This document shows positions 6,301-13,834 of a stretch of 13,834 nucleotides of DNA, one piece after another. The stretch's first letter is position 1, and the number at the start of each line of letters is the position of its first letter. The position numbers were made by a program, and so were the translations under genes. Below the pieces are notes generated by a model. It ran no database searches. It saw nothing but the letters and a program-made list of their open reading frames with translations, and had not been told where the DNA came from. The DNA is from Candidatus Micrarchaeota archaeon (GTDB taxonomy: Archaea; Micrarchaeota; Micrarchaeia; Norongarragalinales; SBBD01). The stretch is from NCBI GenBank assembly GCA_043813365.1, contig JBDRLB010000003.1:1-13834 (forward strand), given 5' to 3'.

Positions 6301-8586
6301 GTAAGGGATGTAGGATGCATCTATTGCGCGTAGGCCAACGTTCCTAAGAAGGCCAAGCGGGGTTCCATCGGATGCAGCTGGAACAGCAGGCAAATCAGTT
6401 TCGTTCCATACGTAAAGCATGAGTTCCTTCTTTATGTCGCCGGAAAGGGTTTGGAGAGTGAGCCGGAAAACAGCCGAGCGGATTTCATTCCCATGCGGCT
6501 GGTAGTAATCGTGGCAATTGTTGCGGTAAGGCACGTAGCGCAGAGCCAAGCCTCCTGGAGAGGAGGAATAATCGAAGCAGCCGGTTATTTCGGCGGGAGA
6601 GCGCGTCCCGCTCGGGTCATTGGCAACAAAGGCGAATGCTCCTGCAGGCGTCATGCTGATATTCAAAGGAATCGCATCAGCCGGGAAGATGGGGTCTACT
6701 TTCATCACCAAAGTGTCGCAGCTTGTTTGCACTGTAGCTATCCCGAAAGTTGCGGACAGTTTGGGGCATAATGAAATATTCTTTATTTCGGTTTGGGGAG
6801 GAGCTGTGATGGGGTTGAGCCTCACGGTTTTTTCAGTGACATTTCCGGGAAGGATTTCATCGCTTCCCAAAACCAGTGTTCCTGCCTGGTAACCGCTCGC
6901 ATTTATTATTAAGGAATAGTTCACGCGGGGAAGCAGGTTGATGTCGCAGATGCTTGTTGTGCAGCTTTTCAGCAAAGTAGTGGTGGTGGAACTCCGGAGA
7001 ACATCGTATGAGTTAATGCCATCCCCCGTGGCATTGTTAAGGACGGTTAGCCGGAGAGTGCCGTTTGGGAGCTGAAGTATTATGGTGAAAGTGGTTGCAT
7101 TCGTTGTGAGATCCAGTTCCCGTTCCCCGGACAAGCCGCTGTCTGATTCAGCGACCGCATAATATTTCATCATTGCCATTCCAGGGATGGAAACGGAGCC
7201 GTTGTTGTCCGTTTCGATGTCAAATGGGGGTATGCGATAGCTCTGGGAATCAAAGAAGGAAATGGATGTTTTGATCGGGGACAGATTGTAGTCGATTGTC
7301 AGGATGCGGATTGTCTTCGAATTCTGGGCAGTTGCCCTCGCCAGGTAAATCGATTGGTTCTCGCCCGCTTTGAAAGGCCCTACGCCGTTGGGAATGAATG
7401 CTTGCGCTTCCGCAAATGCTAGGTATGAGCCGTTGACGAGGTAGAAATCATATGAGCTCGTTTGCGAGGGCGTTGCATTGATTATTTGCCTGTCGCTATC
7501 TAGTATGTAAATGAGTGAGGAGAGGGGCAGCCTTGATTCGTTGTTGAAAACTGAAATTGTAGTCTTGTGTTTTGTCTGATTTTGGTTGGCAGCCCCAACT
7601 GGATCAAGGTCGAATCTCACGGAAGATTCGCCTGCAAGAGTGGTTGTTTTGGAGGCGGTTTCGTAGCCGCTTGCGCTCGCGATGATTTTCAATTGCACAT
7701 TCACGCCGTAATCCAGGATTTGGACGAAACCACCGGGCGCGGTGTAGCTTCTGGGGTTGTTGCAGCTTGTGCTCGAAAGGCAGGTTTTGACAATTGCAGT
7801 AAGGGGAGTGCCATCCTCGTCATAAACGTAAACTTTCAGCCTTGCCTTGTCAGGCGCCATGGTGGGCGAGGGGGATGCACCGCCGTAGAATGCCTTCCGG
7901 AGCATTATTGTATCGGAGAGGTCCGAAGGGTCAAAGGAACCGATGTATTGGTCATAGCCCGATTTTGTCACTAAAATATCCAGCCTGCTGCCCTCCCAGT
8001 CGATTTCGGCAATGCCGCTGTCATCAGAGTAGGTTTCGCCGGAATCAGATTCGGAGGAGTACTCTATTCTAGCTCCCGAAAGAGGCGCGCCGCTTTCCTC
8101 AATCACCGTAAGTTCGAGGAAGTTGCCCGAACGGCTTTTCAAGGTAATTTTGATTATTTTCCCCTTCTGTATTTTGCCGGAAACCGAACCCTCGCCATAT
8201 TTATCCGAAGATGCTGTGGCGGTCACATCCTCTCCGGGCTTCAATCCGTTGAAATCTGCAAATCCCTCCTCATTGGTAACTCCGGTGAGCTTCTTCCCCT
8301 GATAATCAAGCGAAACAGATGAGCCTGAAATTCCCTTTCCATCAACCAGCACCTGTACCCGCAGGGTGGTGGAGGCGTTTGCAAATAGGAGCATATAGAT
8401 GCTCCCTCCCAGCAGTATCAGGATGATGAAAATAACCCCTAAAACTATGGGGAAGGAAGGACGGCCCTGTTCCTCTATGGGAGTGATGAAATTCTCATAA
8501 ACCGGAATGTGGTAATCGTTCTCGAGCCTGTCCATGAGGGAGTAATAGCCTTCCTCGAGTGATGCATAGAAGTCGTCCAACACCAT
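3349..8586 (-). CDS. Large membrane-anchored surface protein, 1745 aa: N-terminal TM, carboxypeptidase-regulatory-like beta-sandwich repeats, 2 PEGA domains, 4 FN3-like repeats, an Ig-like module and a Cys-containing C-terminus
   Basis: ATG 8586 is preceded by GGGAGGA. TM PIVLGVIFIILILLGGSIYMLLF. Repeats such as G.PLSGA.I...T...G.A and ASASGYE. PEGA-like segments (VYSNPIGADV...VSMNGY; ISFPSGAIV...VSKTGW) at about 5620-6020. FN3-like units (SA.I.W.T...V.YG...L..GT.YYYK) at about 4505-5607. Many N-x-S/T sequons. Confidence 0.9.
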   Translation of the reverse strand: MVLDDFYASLEEGYYSLMDRLENDYHIPVYENFITPIEEQGRPSFPIVLGVIFIILILLGGSIYMLLFANASTTLRVQVLVDGKGISGSSVSLDYQGKKLTGVTNEEGFADFNGLKPGEDVTATASSDKYGEGSVSGKIQKGKIIKITLKSRSGNFLELTVIEESGAPLSGARIEYSSESDSGETYSDDSGIAEIDWEGSRLDILVTKSGYDQYIGSFDPSDLSDTIMLRKAFYGGASPSPTMAPDKARLKVYVYDEDGTPLTAIVKTCLSSTSCNNPRSYTAPGGFVQILDYGVNVQLKIIASASGYETASKTTTLAGESSVRFDLDPVGAANQNQTKHKTTISVFNNESRLPLSSLIYILDSDRQIINATPSQTSSYDFYLVNGSYLAFAEAQAFIPNGVGPFKAGENQSIYLARATAQNSKTIRILTIDYNLSPIKTSISFFDSQSYRIPPFDIETDNNGSVSIPGMAMMKYYAVAESDSGLSGERELDLTTNATTFTIILQLPNGTLRLTVLNNATGDGINSYDVLRSSTTTTLLKSCTTSICDINLLPRVNYSLIINASGYQAGTLVLGSDEILPGNVTEKTVRLNPITAPPQTEIKNISLCPKLSATFGIATVQTSCDTLVMKVDPIFPADAIPLNISMTPAGAFAFVANDPSGTRSPAEITGCFDYSSSPGGLALRYVPYRNNCHDYYQPHGNEIRSAVFRLTLQTLSGDIKKELMLYVWNETDLPAVPAASDGTPLGLLRNVGLRAIDASYIPYKNPYNNLYQFTPASYYGFDTESYSTANLRTGYVLNNRQLQAQNDVLMYSGAYGEITLLDNARYAGAASVFGYTLLTNPRGRFENSKSISFEESAFLNVYSNPIGADVECGGACDGNTPYHIEIDPSTRIVKVSMNGYVDYTKTVNLISGQTTTVNANLVPEANITVISFPSGAIVRLNGVFKGYAPVVIHKLAVGTYTVGVSKTGWITETRPITVTQGGHVDARFNLVAGSPMITDGPDLVSVLRNSATIAWETNFEGDSKVNYGLTDTTLDQTIAASGPPSFDHSANLLNLQEGTVYYYKAISSGSSGSPSIESAIRSFKTLSVPIITAGPVNYSITENSAAITWNTSSTGNTTIEYGISPGNYPFTVGYYSYTAIHTRTLSGLVAGTTYYYKVISCNAVGCDSKDGFSFRTYSDPAPDISQLACSNVGQNSFTVTWTTHIDSNSTVVYGIGAGNFSLTQSVTGSGITHSVLLTGLSRGSNYFFKAISCSNLQCTESSPSNCTTITTVFRPAVTNVNVTNVLESSARITFDVSPASASSVQYGGMGNYPYYMNNSAASRQIFDLVNLQRSTTYYFKPVACNSAGCAPTVEYSFTTTSDMTPPVHSNALPNAMLPYGSTSVTMSLNTNEAATCRYATTPNTAYGSMAGTFSTTEGTTHSRLMGSLENGAAYNYYIRCNDTAGNFNTADFPISFTIDGTPPASGSGQVIYFNGPAGVQNFRQLTGDYDAGSFSSLIDSVSSELAACNPMTSACANNQFVKQRLDSLRKLASDSASASAFRRSQTETGSPMKYFISPAVGFAFSIVYLENANVINNVMHTFTGNYAVNFSQTIPPQCKARFGLYTLTAKSVNYGASWSFELKPMRVDAMQMFSGAAQSVPPECPKPYACNLFDAYHSAPSAYPDLSGFANCFQFEWPTVPDSSPDLRSYTYSGICSVAALAEGSYCLSAPQNSSLETSTLKYRPSGGTETQLNAYRISQYPNYFG

Positions 8587-8613
8587 ATTCCTCCCAATAA
8601 GTATATTTTGAAC

Positions 8614-8681
8614 ATATTTAAAAGTTGGTAAAGGGAAGGCGTTTGGGAACAACCATTCAGACGGCAACAATATGTTTAAAT
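8614..8681. promoter_or_regulatory. Divergent promoter with two TATA-like boxes
   Basis: TTTAAATA on the minus strand (8615-8622), about 29 nt from ATG 8586. TTTAAA on the plus strand (8675-8680), about 25 nt from ATG 8705. Confidence 0.55.
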
Positions 8682-8704
8682 GGGGGTCTAGGTTAACCCT
8701 TTTC

Positions 8705-11077
8705 ATGCGCAACTATTTGTGGGGATTGCTGTTTTGTTGCTTAGTCATCTCCCCGCTTGTCTCAGCGAATGTGGTCATAAGGCTCTTCAATTATACGGTT
8801 TTTGATGAGAACGGCATTGCAGTGCAGAATGGGTACAGTTTGCCCTGCTGGAGCACCCCAACTCCTTCAGAGATGCCCATTGTTTTAAACAATATTTCCG
8901 GAGGCCATCAATTCACTCTTAATATTAATTTAGGCAATATCGGCAGTGATCCGGAAGATGGGATGAGGCTCTCATGGGGGAACCAAGATGATGAATATGG
9001 ACTATCGCGCTGCAGCAGCTATGATCCAACGAGGTGCCCGATCCGGAATTTTTCAAATTATAATTTATCAAACGGCAATCTGATAAATATTTCCAGCGGA
9101 ACGAATATCACACTCACCCAGCACCTGATTGCAAAACCAAACGAGGAAGGATTTTTCTACGTCACCCCCAATATTCTAACCGCAGGAAGCGGCGGGTCAG
9201 ATTGCAGGGGAAGGGTCGGGATCAGGCTGACAGATCCCAATGGATACTACAAAATGGGCTTCAGGACGTGGAATCCAAATCCCTGGACGGTATTATTAAT
9301 CAATATCACAAACTTCAATGATCCGAATTTTTACCACCCAAGCAACGCATATGCCCCTCCTTTCGTTCCACCAGGCAGCCAGGGGGACGGATTGCAAAAT
9401 GTTTGGGACATATATTTCAATACAACAATAATCAATTTGGGCACTATCCAGGCTCCGGTTGATTATAGTTTCCTATGTGAAGAGATGGATGCGAATTTAG
9501 GCATAGGGGATTCAGGTATCAAACGGTTAAGATGTGCCGGCAATGCTTCTGCATGGAATCAAGGTACCACCGGCCCAATCGCACCCGGCGGGGAGTTGGA
9601 ATTTTCCTGCCCGCTTTACAATGCAACTAACACGTCATGGGATATTGGTCGGGGTTGCGGTTCGGGAGTACATTGCATGGTCGGGCTAGTAAATAACGCT
9701 TATAATTATGGCGCGTATGACGATTGGGGGTACATCGGGCAATTGGGCCGTGTGCCTTGCCCACCGCCAGTTGTTACTTGGCATCCTTCAATGTATAGGC
9801 CATGGCTTTCGTCGCTATTTGCGGTGCCAGGGCTTGATTTCAATATTACTACCCAAATAATATCAATAGGGGCGCTGGGCAATTATACAGTCAACGACAA
9901 TATCAATCTGACAACAAACGTCGTGGATGCCGCATTTGCATCGCTTTACACCTATTCGAAATTCCTCCTTCCCCAGGGCGGAAAAACGATGCTGAATGTC
10001 ACCAGCTCGAGCGGGGATGCCTATTTTCAAATATTCCCAAACATGACAATGAAGGTCCCACATGATTCCGAACCAAAGTATTATTGGTCGCTGCTGAACC
10101 CCACCCAATACCTTGAAAGCACCGCGGCCAGTAGGAATCAGTTCACTGTCACACGCAGCTGTGATTTCAGCAGATCGCCACCAAATACGGATTTGACCCC
10201 GTGGAACTGGTATTCCCTTCCTTTCTTTGCGAATGTCAGCATTTGCGGTTGGAATTCCTATATTACGTTGACGCGGCTGATACTGATCAACAATTTCAAT
10301 AATATCACCGTGTTCGTATTCCCGGGCCAGACGTTCGACATAAATTATACAGTGAGGAATCCGATGGAATATCCCCTCGATTTCGTACTTAATGCCTCGC
10401 CTTATGGGCCGACCCCAATTACGTTGGTTTTCATGCCGGACCGCTCAACAGTAGGCCGTGCGACATTGATACCCGGCAACAACTCAGGTATCCTGCGCGC
10501 AACAATTCCGCTTGGGACGCCCCTGACTACATATACATTCAAGGTGCTCGCCAATTCATCCAATCCGCAGATCTGGGATACGGGCATCATCAACTTTGTT
10601 GTAGTTGCGCATGATACGGAAATAATTTCCATTAACAAGAAGCCGGACGCGTTCATTTACAACCCATCAGAAGTAGAGAGGATCGGCCTTACTGTGACAA
10701 TAAGGAACAACCTTCCTCTGCCGGAGAATGCAACGCTCAATCTCACAATAAGGAGCTCCCTTCAGGATACATTCATAATCAACTGCAAAAACGACCCTTC
10801 GGCGAATGAGATCGGGATGGGGCCGATGGAAACAATGGAAATAGATTGCGGGGCGCATGTTAATCTGTCAGATTACTTCAATGAGAACATCGTAGTGATT
10901 GCAGATTTGGGGATAGTTGACGGCATCGACAGTTTCCCGCAGAACAACCACAGGATGGAGATAATCACGGTTGTCAGCGACGAGCAGCCTCCAATTGCGG
11001 TGCCAGAGTTGGAAACGGTTGCACTGCTATTGACGGCACTATCAGCATTATGGATAATGAGGGTGAAAAGGAAATGA
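8705..11077 (+). CDS. Exported surface glycoprotein, 790 aa, with CARDB/Ig-like C-terminal domain and a VPE-TM-basic sorting-type tail
   Basis: Signal peptide MRNYLWGLLFCCLVISPLVSA. Asn/Cys-rich body with many sequons. CARDB-like VTIRNN...DSFPQNN. Ends VPELETVALLLTALSALWIMRVKRK. Confidence 0.88.
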   Translation: MRNYLWGLLFCCLVISPLVSANVVIRLFNYTVFDENGIAVQNGYSLPCWSTPTPSEMPIVLNNISGGHQFTLNINLGNIGSDPEDGMRLSWGNQDDEYGLSRCSSYDPTRCPIRNFSNYNLSNGNLINISSGTNITLTQHLIAKPNEEGFFYVTPNILTAGSGGSDCRGRVGIRLTDPNGYYKMGFRTWNPNPWTVLLINITNFNDPNFYHPSNAYAPPFVPPGSQGDGLQNVWDIYFNTTIINLGTIQAPVDYSFLCEEMDANLGIGDSGIKRLRCAGNASAWNQGTTGPIAPGGELEFSCPLYNATNTSWDIGRGCGSGVHCMVGLVNNAYNYGAYDDWGYIGQLGRVPCPPPVVTWHPSMYRPWLSSLFAVPGLDFNITTQIISIGALGNYTVNDNINLTTNVVDAAFASLYTYSKFLLPQGGKTMLNVTSSSGDAYFQIFPNMTMKVPHDSEPKYYWSLLNPTQYLESTAASRNQFTVTRSCDFSRSPPNTDLTPWNWYSLPFFANVSICGWNSYITLTRLILINNFNNITVFVFPGQTFDINYTVRNPMEYPLDFVLNASPYGPTPITLVFMPDRSTVGRATLIPGNNSGILRATIPLGTPLTTYTFKVLANSSNPQIWDTGIINFVVVAHDTEIISINKKPDAFIYNPSEVERIGLTVTIRNNLPLPENATLNLTIRSSLQDTFIINCKNDPSANEIGMGPMETMEIDCGAHVNLSDYFNENIVVIADLGIVDGIDSFPQNNHRMEIITVVSDEQPPIAVPELETVALLLTALSALWIMRVKRK

Positions 11078-11742
11078 GGGCGGGCTTCATGGCATTGCTG
11101 CTGATTTCAGGCTTAGTGGTAGCCATGACGCCGGATGATTTCAATTCGAGGATGGGCAACTATGAGCTTCTCAACATGAACGCGGTTGTGGGGACTGTTA
11201 CGCCACCGCCGGGCGTAACTCTTTATCCGGGCTATACCGGCCTCGCCCCCACTCCGAATGCGAGGTACCTTCAATGGAATTCCTTGATTGAAAAGACCAA
11301 ATCGGATTATTTGGAGGCATACAATGCAAAGGAAGCCGGGGATATGCAAAGGGCGGAAACATATTACCAATTGGTAATGCAGGATTTTGAAAAGCTCAAG
11401 GAGTATACTGAAGCGCGAATTGACCTAGTGCCTCTAGTAAATGTAATAAAGGTGGAATTCGGAAAGCCCACGCCAACCATCGGGAATATCATTACCGCGC
11501 CGAATACCATAAAGAATCCTGCGCCATCGGCGACAACCATCGTACACATCAAGGCGGCCGTTCCAAGTAAAAAAATCATTCCAACAGTATCACCGGACCA
11601 GATGCGGGGGAAGAAGACCATATGGGGGGCACTGTGGGATGTGCTATATGACAACGGACTCATCATCGGCGTTTTCCTTGTAGGGATACTTGTTATTTAC
11701 GGATTATACCATAAGGATGAGGAGGAATCCAGTTTCGGCTAG
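11074..11742 (+). CDS. Exported protein, 222 aa: signal peptide, helical domain, Pro/Thr linker and C-terminal TM anchor
   Basis: ATG 11074 overlaps the upstream stop (ATGA), suggesting translational coupling, with GAGGGTGA upstream. Signal MRAGFMALLLISGLVVA. TM GLIIGVFLVGILVIYGLY. Confidence 0.85.
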   Translation: MRAGFMALLLISGLVVAMTPDDFNSRMGNYELLNMNAVVGTVTPPPGVTLYPGYTGLAPTPNARYLQWNSLIEKTKSDYLEAYNAKEAGDMQRAETYYQLVMQDFEKLKEYTEARIDLVPLVNVIKVEFGKPTPTIGNIITAPNTIKNPAPSATTIVHIKAAVPSKKIIPTVSPDQMRGKKTIWGALWDVLYDNGLIIGVFLVGILVIYGLYHKDEEESSFG

Positions 11743-11762
11743 CGTCTTGGGGGAAGGAAAAT

Positions 11763-11865
11763 TCAGGCGGCTTTTTTTCTTGAAATAATAGATCCCTCCC
11801 GCGATTGCCGGAATCCAAATAATCATTCCAACCATCCAATCGGAACCGGCGGTTTTTTGCTTCAT
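11763..11865 (-). pseudogene. Diverged duplicate of the 3' end (membrane anchor) of the 13124 gene; relic or mini-gene
   Basis: From ATG 11865 it reads MKQKTAGSDWMVGMIIWIPAIAGGIYYFKKK, aligning without gaps to KTKKAGSDWMLGTLAAIIILAIGIYYFKRNQ. As written, the frame runs 53 aa to TAA at 11704. Removing one A from the A7 run would end it ...FKKKAA-TGA at 11763. Confidence 0.75.
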
Positions 11866-11892
11866 ATATAAAGCCTCACGGCATGCCGTATA

Positions 11893-11904
11893 CCTTTATA
11901 AAGG
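11893..11904. promoter_or_regulatory. Palindromic TATA box CCTTTATAAAGG, the likely promoter of the ATPase gene
   Basis: TTTATAAA (11895-11902) ends 22 nt before ATG 11925, consistent with a leaderless or short-leader archaeal transcript. Confidence 0.6.
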
Positions 11905-11924
11905 AGTAAAACCACGAATTTGGC

Positions 11925-13118
11925 ATGGATGAGCAGATCTGGAAGATAATCGAAGCGGATAATTATTGGGCGGGGGCGCCGGCTGCAGGATTAAGGAGGG
12001 ACATAACGGAAGGGATATTGGAGTACATGGGCCGGCCGGAGGCGATTTACCTCTATGGCCCAAGGCGCGCGGGCAAAACAACAGTATGCCTGCAATTGAT
12101 AGAAAAACTTTCGAAAAAGCACGGCAAAGCAGCCTGCATTTATGTGAATTTTGAGGAGCCGGCCTATTCCAGGATGCTGAACACGGAATTCCTTTCCTGG
12201 ATCATTGAAAAGCATTCCTCCGTCTGCAAGGGTAAATTGAGGTTCGTTTTCTTTGATGAGATCCAAAACGTGGATGGATGGGAAAAATTCGTCAGGATGG
12301 CGGTAGACCGGAAGGATTTGAAAATAATCCTGACTGGCTCTTCAGCAAAGCTTTTGAGTTCCGAGTTTGCTTCCTCCCTTGGAGGCAGGGGCCTCGGGTT
12401 CAGGGTGCTGCCTTTTTCATTCAGGGAATTCTTGCGTGCCAGGAAAAGGGGCGGCTTGAAGGATTTTTTGGAAATCGGGGGCTATCCGGAGGTTGTACTT
12501 GAAAAAAGCGCGGAAAAACGCCGGAAGCTGCTTTTAGAATATTTTGAAACCGCGATAATAAGGGACATTGCAAGCAGGTACCAGGTAAGGGATGTGCCTA
12601 CTTTGCGGAACCTTGCGATTTACGTCATAACCAATTCGGGTAAAAATTTCAGTTACAATAAAATAAGAGCCATGACGGGGCTCTCGTTTGATACGATTAA
12701 ACTATACCTATCGTACATTGAGGAAGCGCTCCTTGCATTCCAGGTGCCGTTCTTTTCGTATTCCCTGAAAAAAGCGCTGGAAAAGCCCCGCAAGTATTAT
12801 GCGTATGATACAGGCTTGCAGGCGGCAATATCGAAGTCATTCAGCCCCGATTACGGGAGGAGGGCTGAAAATGCGGTTGCAATCGAACTAATCAGGAGGA
12901 ATAAGGAGGTCCAATATTATTCTGAAAAAACGGAGGTGGACTTTGTTATCAAGGAGGGGATGGATGTAAGCGCAATGAATGTGACTTTTTCGGGGGATGC
13001 GGCCGGCAGGGAGGAAAAAGGCCTCGGGGAGTTCTCAAGGGATTTCAAGATTAAAAAAAGCGTTTTGCTGATGGGGGAGGAACAAATTGCGAGATGGCTG
13101 CTTGACAACTTGGAATGA
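11925..13118 (+). CDS. AAA+ ATPase, AAA_14 plus DUF4143 (COG1373 family) with C-terminal PD-(D/E)xK-like domain
   Basis: Walker A YGPRRAGKTT, YVNFEE, Walker B FFDEIQ, LTGSS, LGGR, PFSFREF, GGYPE, KYYAYDTGL, ENAVAIEL and EVDFVI. Confidence 0.93.
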   Translation: MDEQIWKIIEADNYWAGAPAAGLRRDITEGILEYMGRPEAIYLYGPRRAGKTTVCLQLIEKLSKKHGKAACIYVNFEEPAYSRMLNTEFLSWIIEKHSSVCKGKLRFVFFDEIQNVDGWEKFVRMAVDRKDLKIILTGSSAKLLSSEFASSLGGRGLGFRVLPFSFREFLRARKRGGLKDFLEIGGYPEVVLEKSAEKRRKLLLEYFETAIIRDIASRYQVRDVPTLRNLAIYVITNSGKNFSYNKIRAMTGLSFDTIKLYLSYIEEALLAFQVPFFSYSLKKALEKPRKYYAYDTGLQAAISKSFSPDYGRRAENAVAIELIRRNKEVQYYSEKTEVDFVIKEGMDVSAMNVTFSGDAAGREEKGLGEFSRDFKIKKSVLLMGEEQIARWLLDNLE

Positions 13119-13123
13119 AACGG

Positions 13124-13834
13124 CTAAATCAGTTTCTGATTCCTCTTGAAATAATATATCCCGATTGCCAGAATGATTATTGCCGCCAGCGTTCCGAGCA
13201 TCCAGTCAGAGCCGGCTTTCTTGGTTTTTGAATCCGCAATGGTTTGGTTGAGCTTTGTTTTTGCCTTGGTTAGGAGAACCAAAGCTTGTTCCGTCCTTCC
13301 CTGCTTTTGCAGTGTTTCCGCCTGCTGTACCAAATCCTGGATGTCCAGACGGTCCTGTTCGGGGATCAGGTTGATGTTGTCCTCGATTTCTTGCTTGATT
13401 TGAACAACCTGAATTGAAACGGGAAGGGGAGAGGGGGAGGGCTTGATTGAAGCGGAAGGGGAGGGAGCAGCTGTAAGGGTTGTTGGTGGGGAAGGGGGGT
13501 AATAGGGGCTGCCGCCGGAAGGGGGGTTGTAAACGGTGCAGCCTTGAGTTAGGGAAGGCATTGAGGCAGTTGTTCCGCAGCTGTTTGCGTCGGTGCATAA
13601 GCGGCTTTGCGAATTTGCTGAACAAGCGTTCCAGCCTGTGCAGCTCCAGATTTCAATGCAGGGAATTGGGGAAGCGGAAGCGTTGGGGGAAGTGGAAGCG
13701 GATGGGGAAGCGGAAGCGTTGGGGTTAACTGAGGGAGAAACGGAAGCGTTAATTGAGGGGGATGGGGAAGGCATTGTGCAGTTTTGTAATTCAGCTGGCT
13801 TGGAAGTAGTTGTTCCGCAGCTGTTTAAATCAAG
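13124..13834 (-). CDS. 3' part of a membrane-anchored surface protein with Cys-rich repeats, Ser/Pro linkers, a helical domain and C-terminal TM; start lies beyond the window
   Basis: The frame is open to the window edge (LDLNSCGTTTSKPAELQNCT precedes MPSP...). Module CIEIWSCTGWNACSANSQSRLCTDANSCGTT...QGC. Tail WMLGTLAAIIILAIGIYYFKRNQKLI. Confidence 0.88.
   Translation of the reverse strand, partial: LDLNSCGTTTSKPAELQNCTMPSPSPSINASVSPSVNPNASASPSASTSPNASASPIPCIEIWSCTGWNACSANSQSRLCTDANSCGTTASMPSLTQGCTVYNPPSGGSPYYPPSPPTTLTAAPSPSASIKPSPSPLPVSIQVVQIKQEIEDNINLIPEQDRLDIQDLVQQAETLQKQGRTEQALVLLTKAKTKLNQTIADSKTKKAGSDWMLGTLAAIIILAIGIYYFKRNQKLI
13568..13826. repeat. 19-bp exact direct repeat marking duplicated Cys-rich modules
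   Basis: AGTTGTTCCGCAGCTGTTT at 13568-13586 and 13808-13826 (240 bp apart), encoding NSCGTT in both. Confidence 0.85.
13667..13724. repeat. 22-bp direct repeat with 36-bp period in the Ser/Pro/Ala linker
   Basis: TGGGGAAGCGGAAGCGTTGGGG at 13667-13688 and 13703-13724, encoding PNASASP twice. Confidence 0.85.

Noticed and set aside
8587..8712. Overlapping N-terminal extensions of the 1787-aa and 801-aa ORFs in the track
   Set aside because: Starts at 8586 (SD GGGAGG) and 8705 (signal peptide) remove the overlap and leave a plausible divergent promoter.
11763..13230. Diversity-generating retroelement TR/VR pair
   Set aside because: Mismatches are not adenine-specific, the middle part is highly diverged, and no reverse transcriptase is present in the window.
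251..13728. Many short antisense or alternate-frame ORFs (e.g. 251-505, 1286-1801, 1977-2423, 7567-7974, 13206-13625)
   Set aside because: They are shadows of better-supported genes, with no recognisable motifs.
13774..13774. ATG 13774 as the start of the last gene
   Set aside because: The frame stays open to the window edge and encodes another Cys module. There is no signal peptide at this ATG.
13430..13775. CRISPR array or G-rich non-coding repeat
   Set aside because: The repeats are in-frame Ser/Pro linker codons without unique spacers, and there are no cas genes.

Overview
Archaeal window. The gene style suggests DPANN, probably Micrarchaeota-like (inference from GGTGA/GGAGG ribosome-binding sites, TTTAAA boxes, a BHB tRNA intron and the surface-protein families). 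From left to right it holds: tRNA-Cys(GCA) split by a 90-nt palindrome-rich intron; a small acidic coiled-coil protein; a membrane protein; a single-domain KaiC/RAD55 ATPase; a flavodoxin-like gene divergent from an HTH-fused CTP-dependent riboflavin kinase (RbkR type); a 1745-aa modular surface protein divergent from a two-gene exported-protein operon; an AAA_14/DUF4143 ATPase; and the 3' part of a Cys-repeat membrane-anchored surface protein. The least expected feature is absent from the ORF track. A diverged second copy of the last gene's C-terminal membrane anchor lies at about 11763-11865 (minus strand), so the ATPase gene is bracketed by two alternative 3' ends of the same gene, with two perfect 12-bp palindromes at the junction. 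All family assignments come from motif recognition by eye, not database searches.
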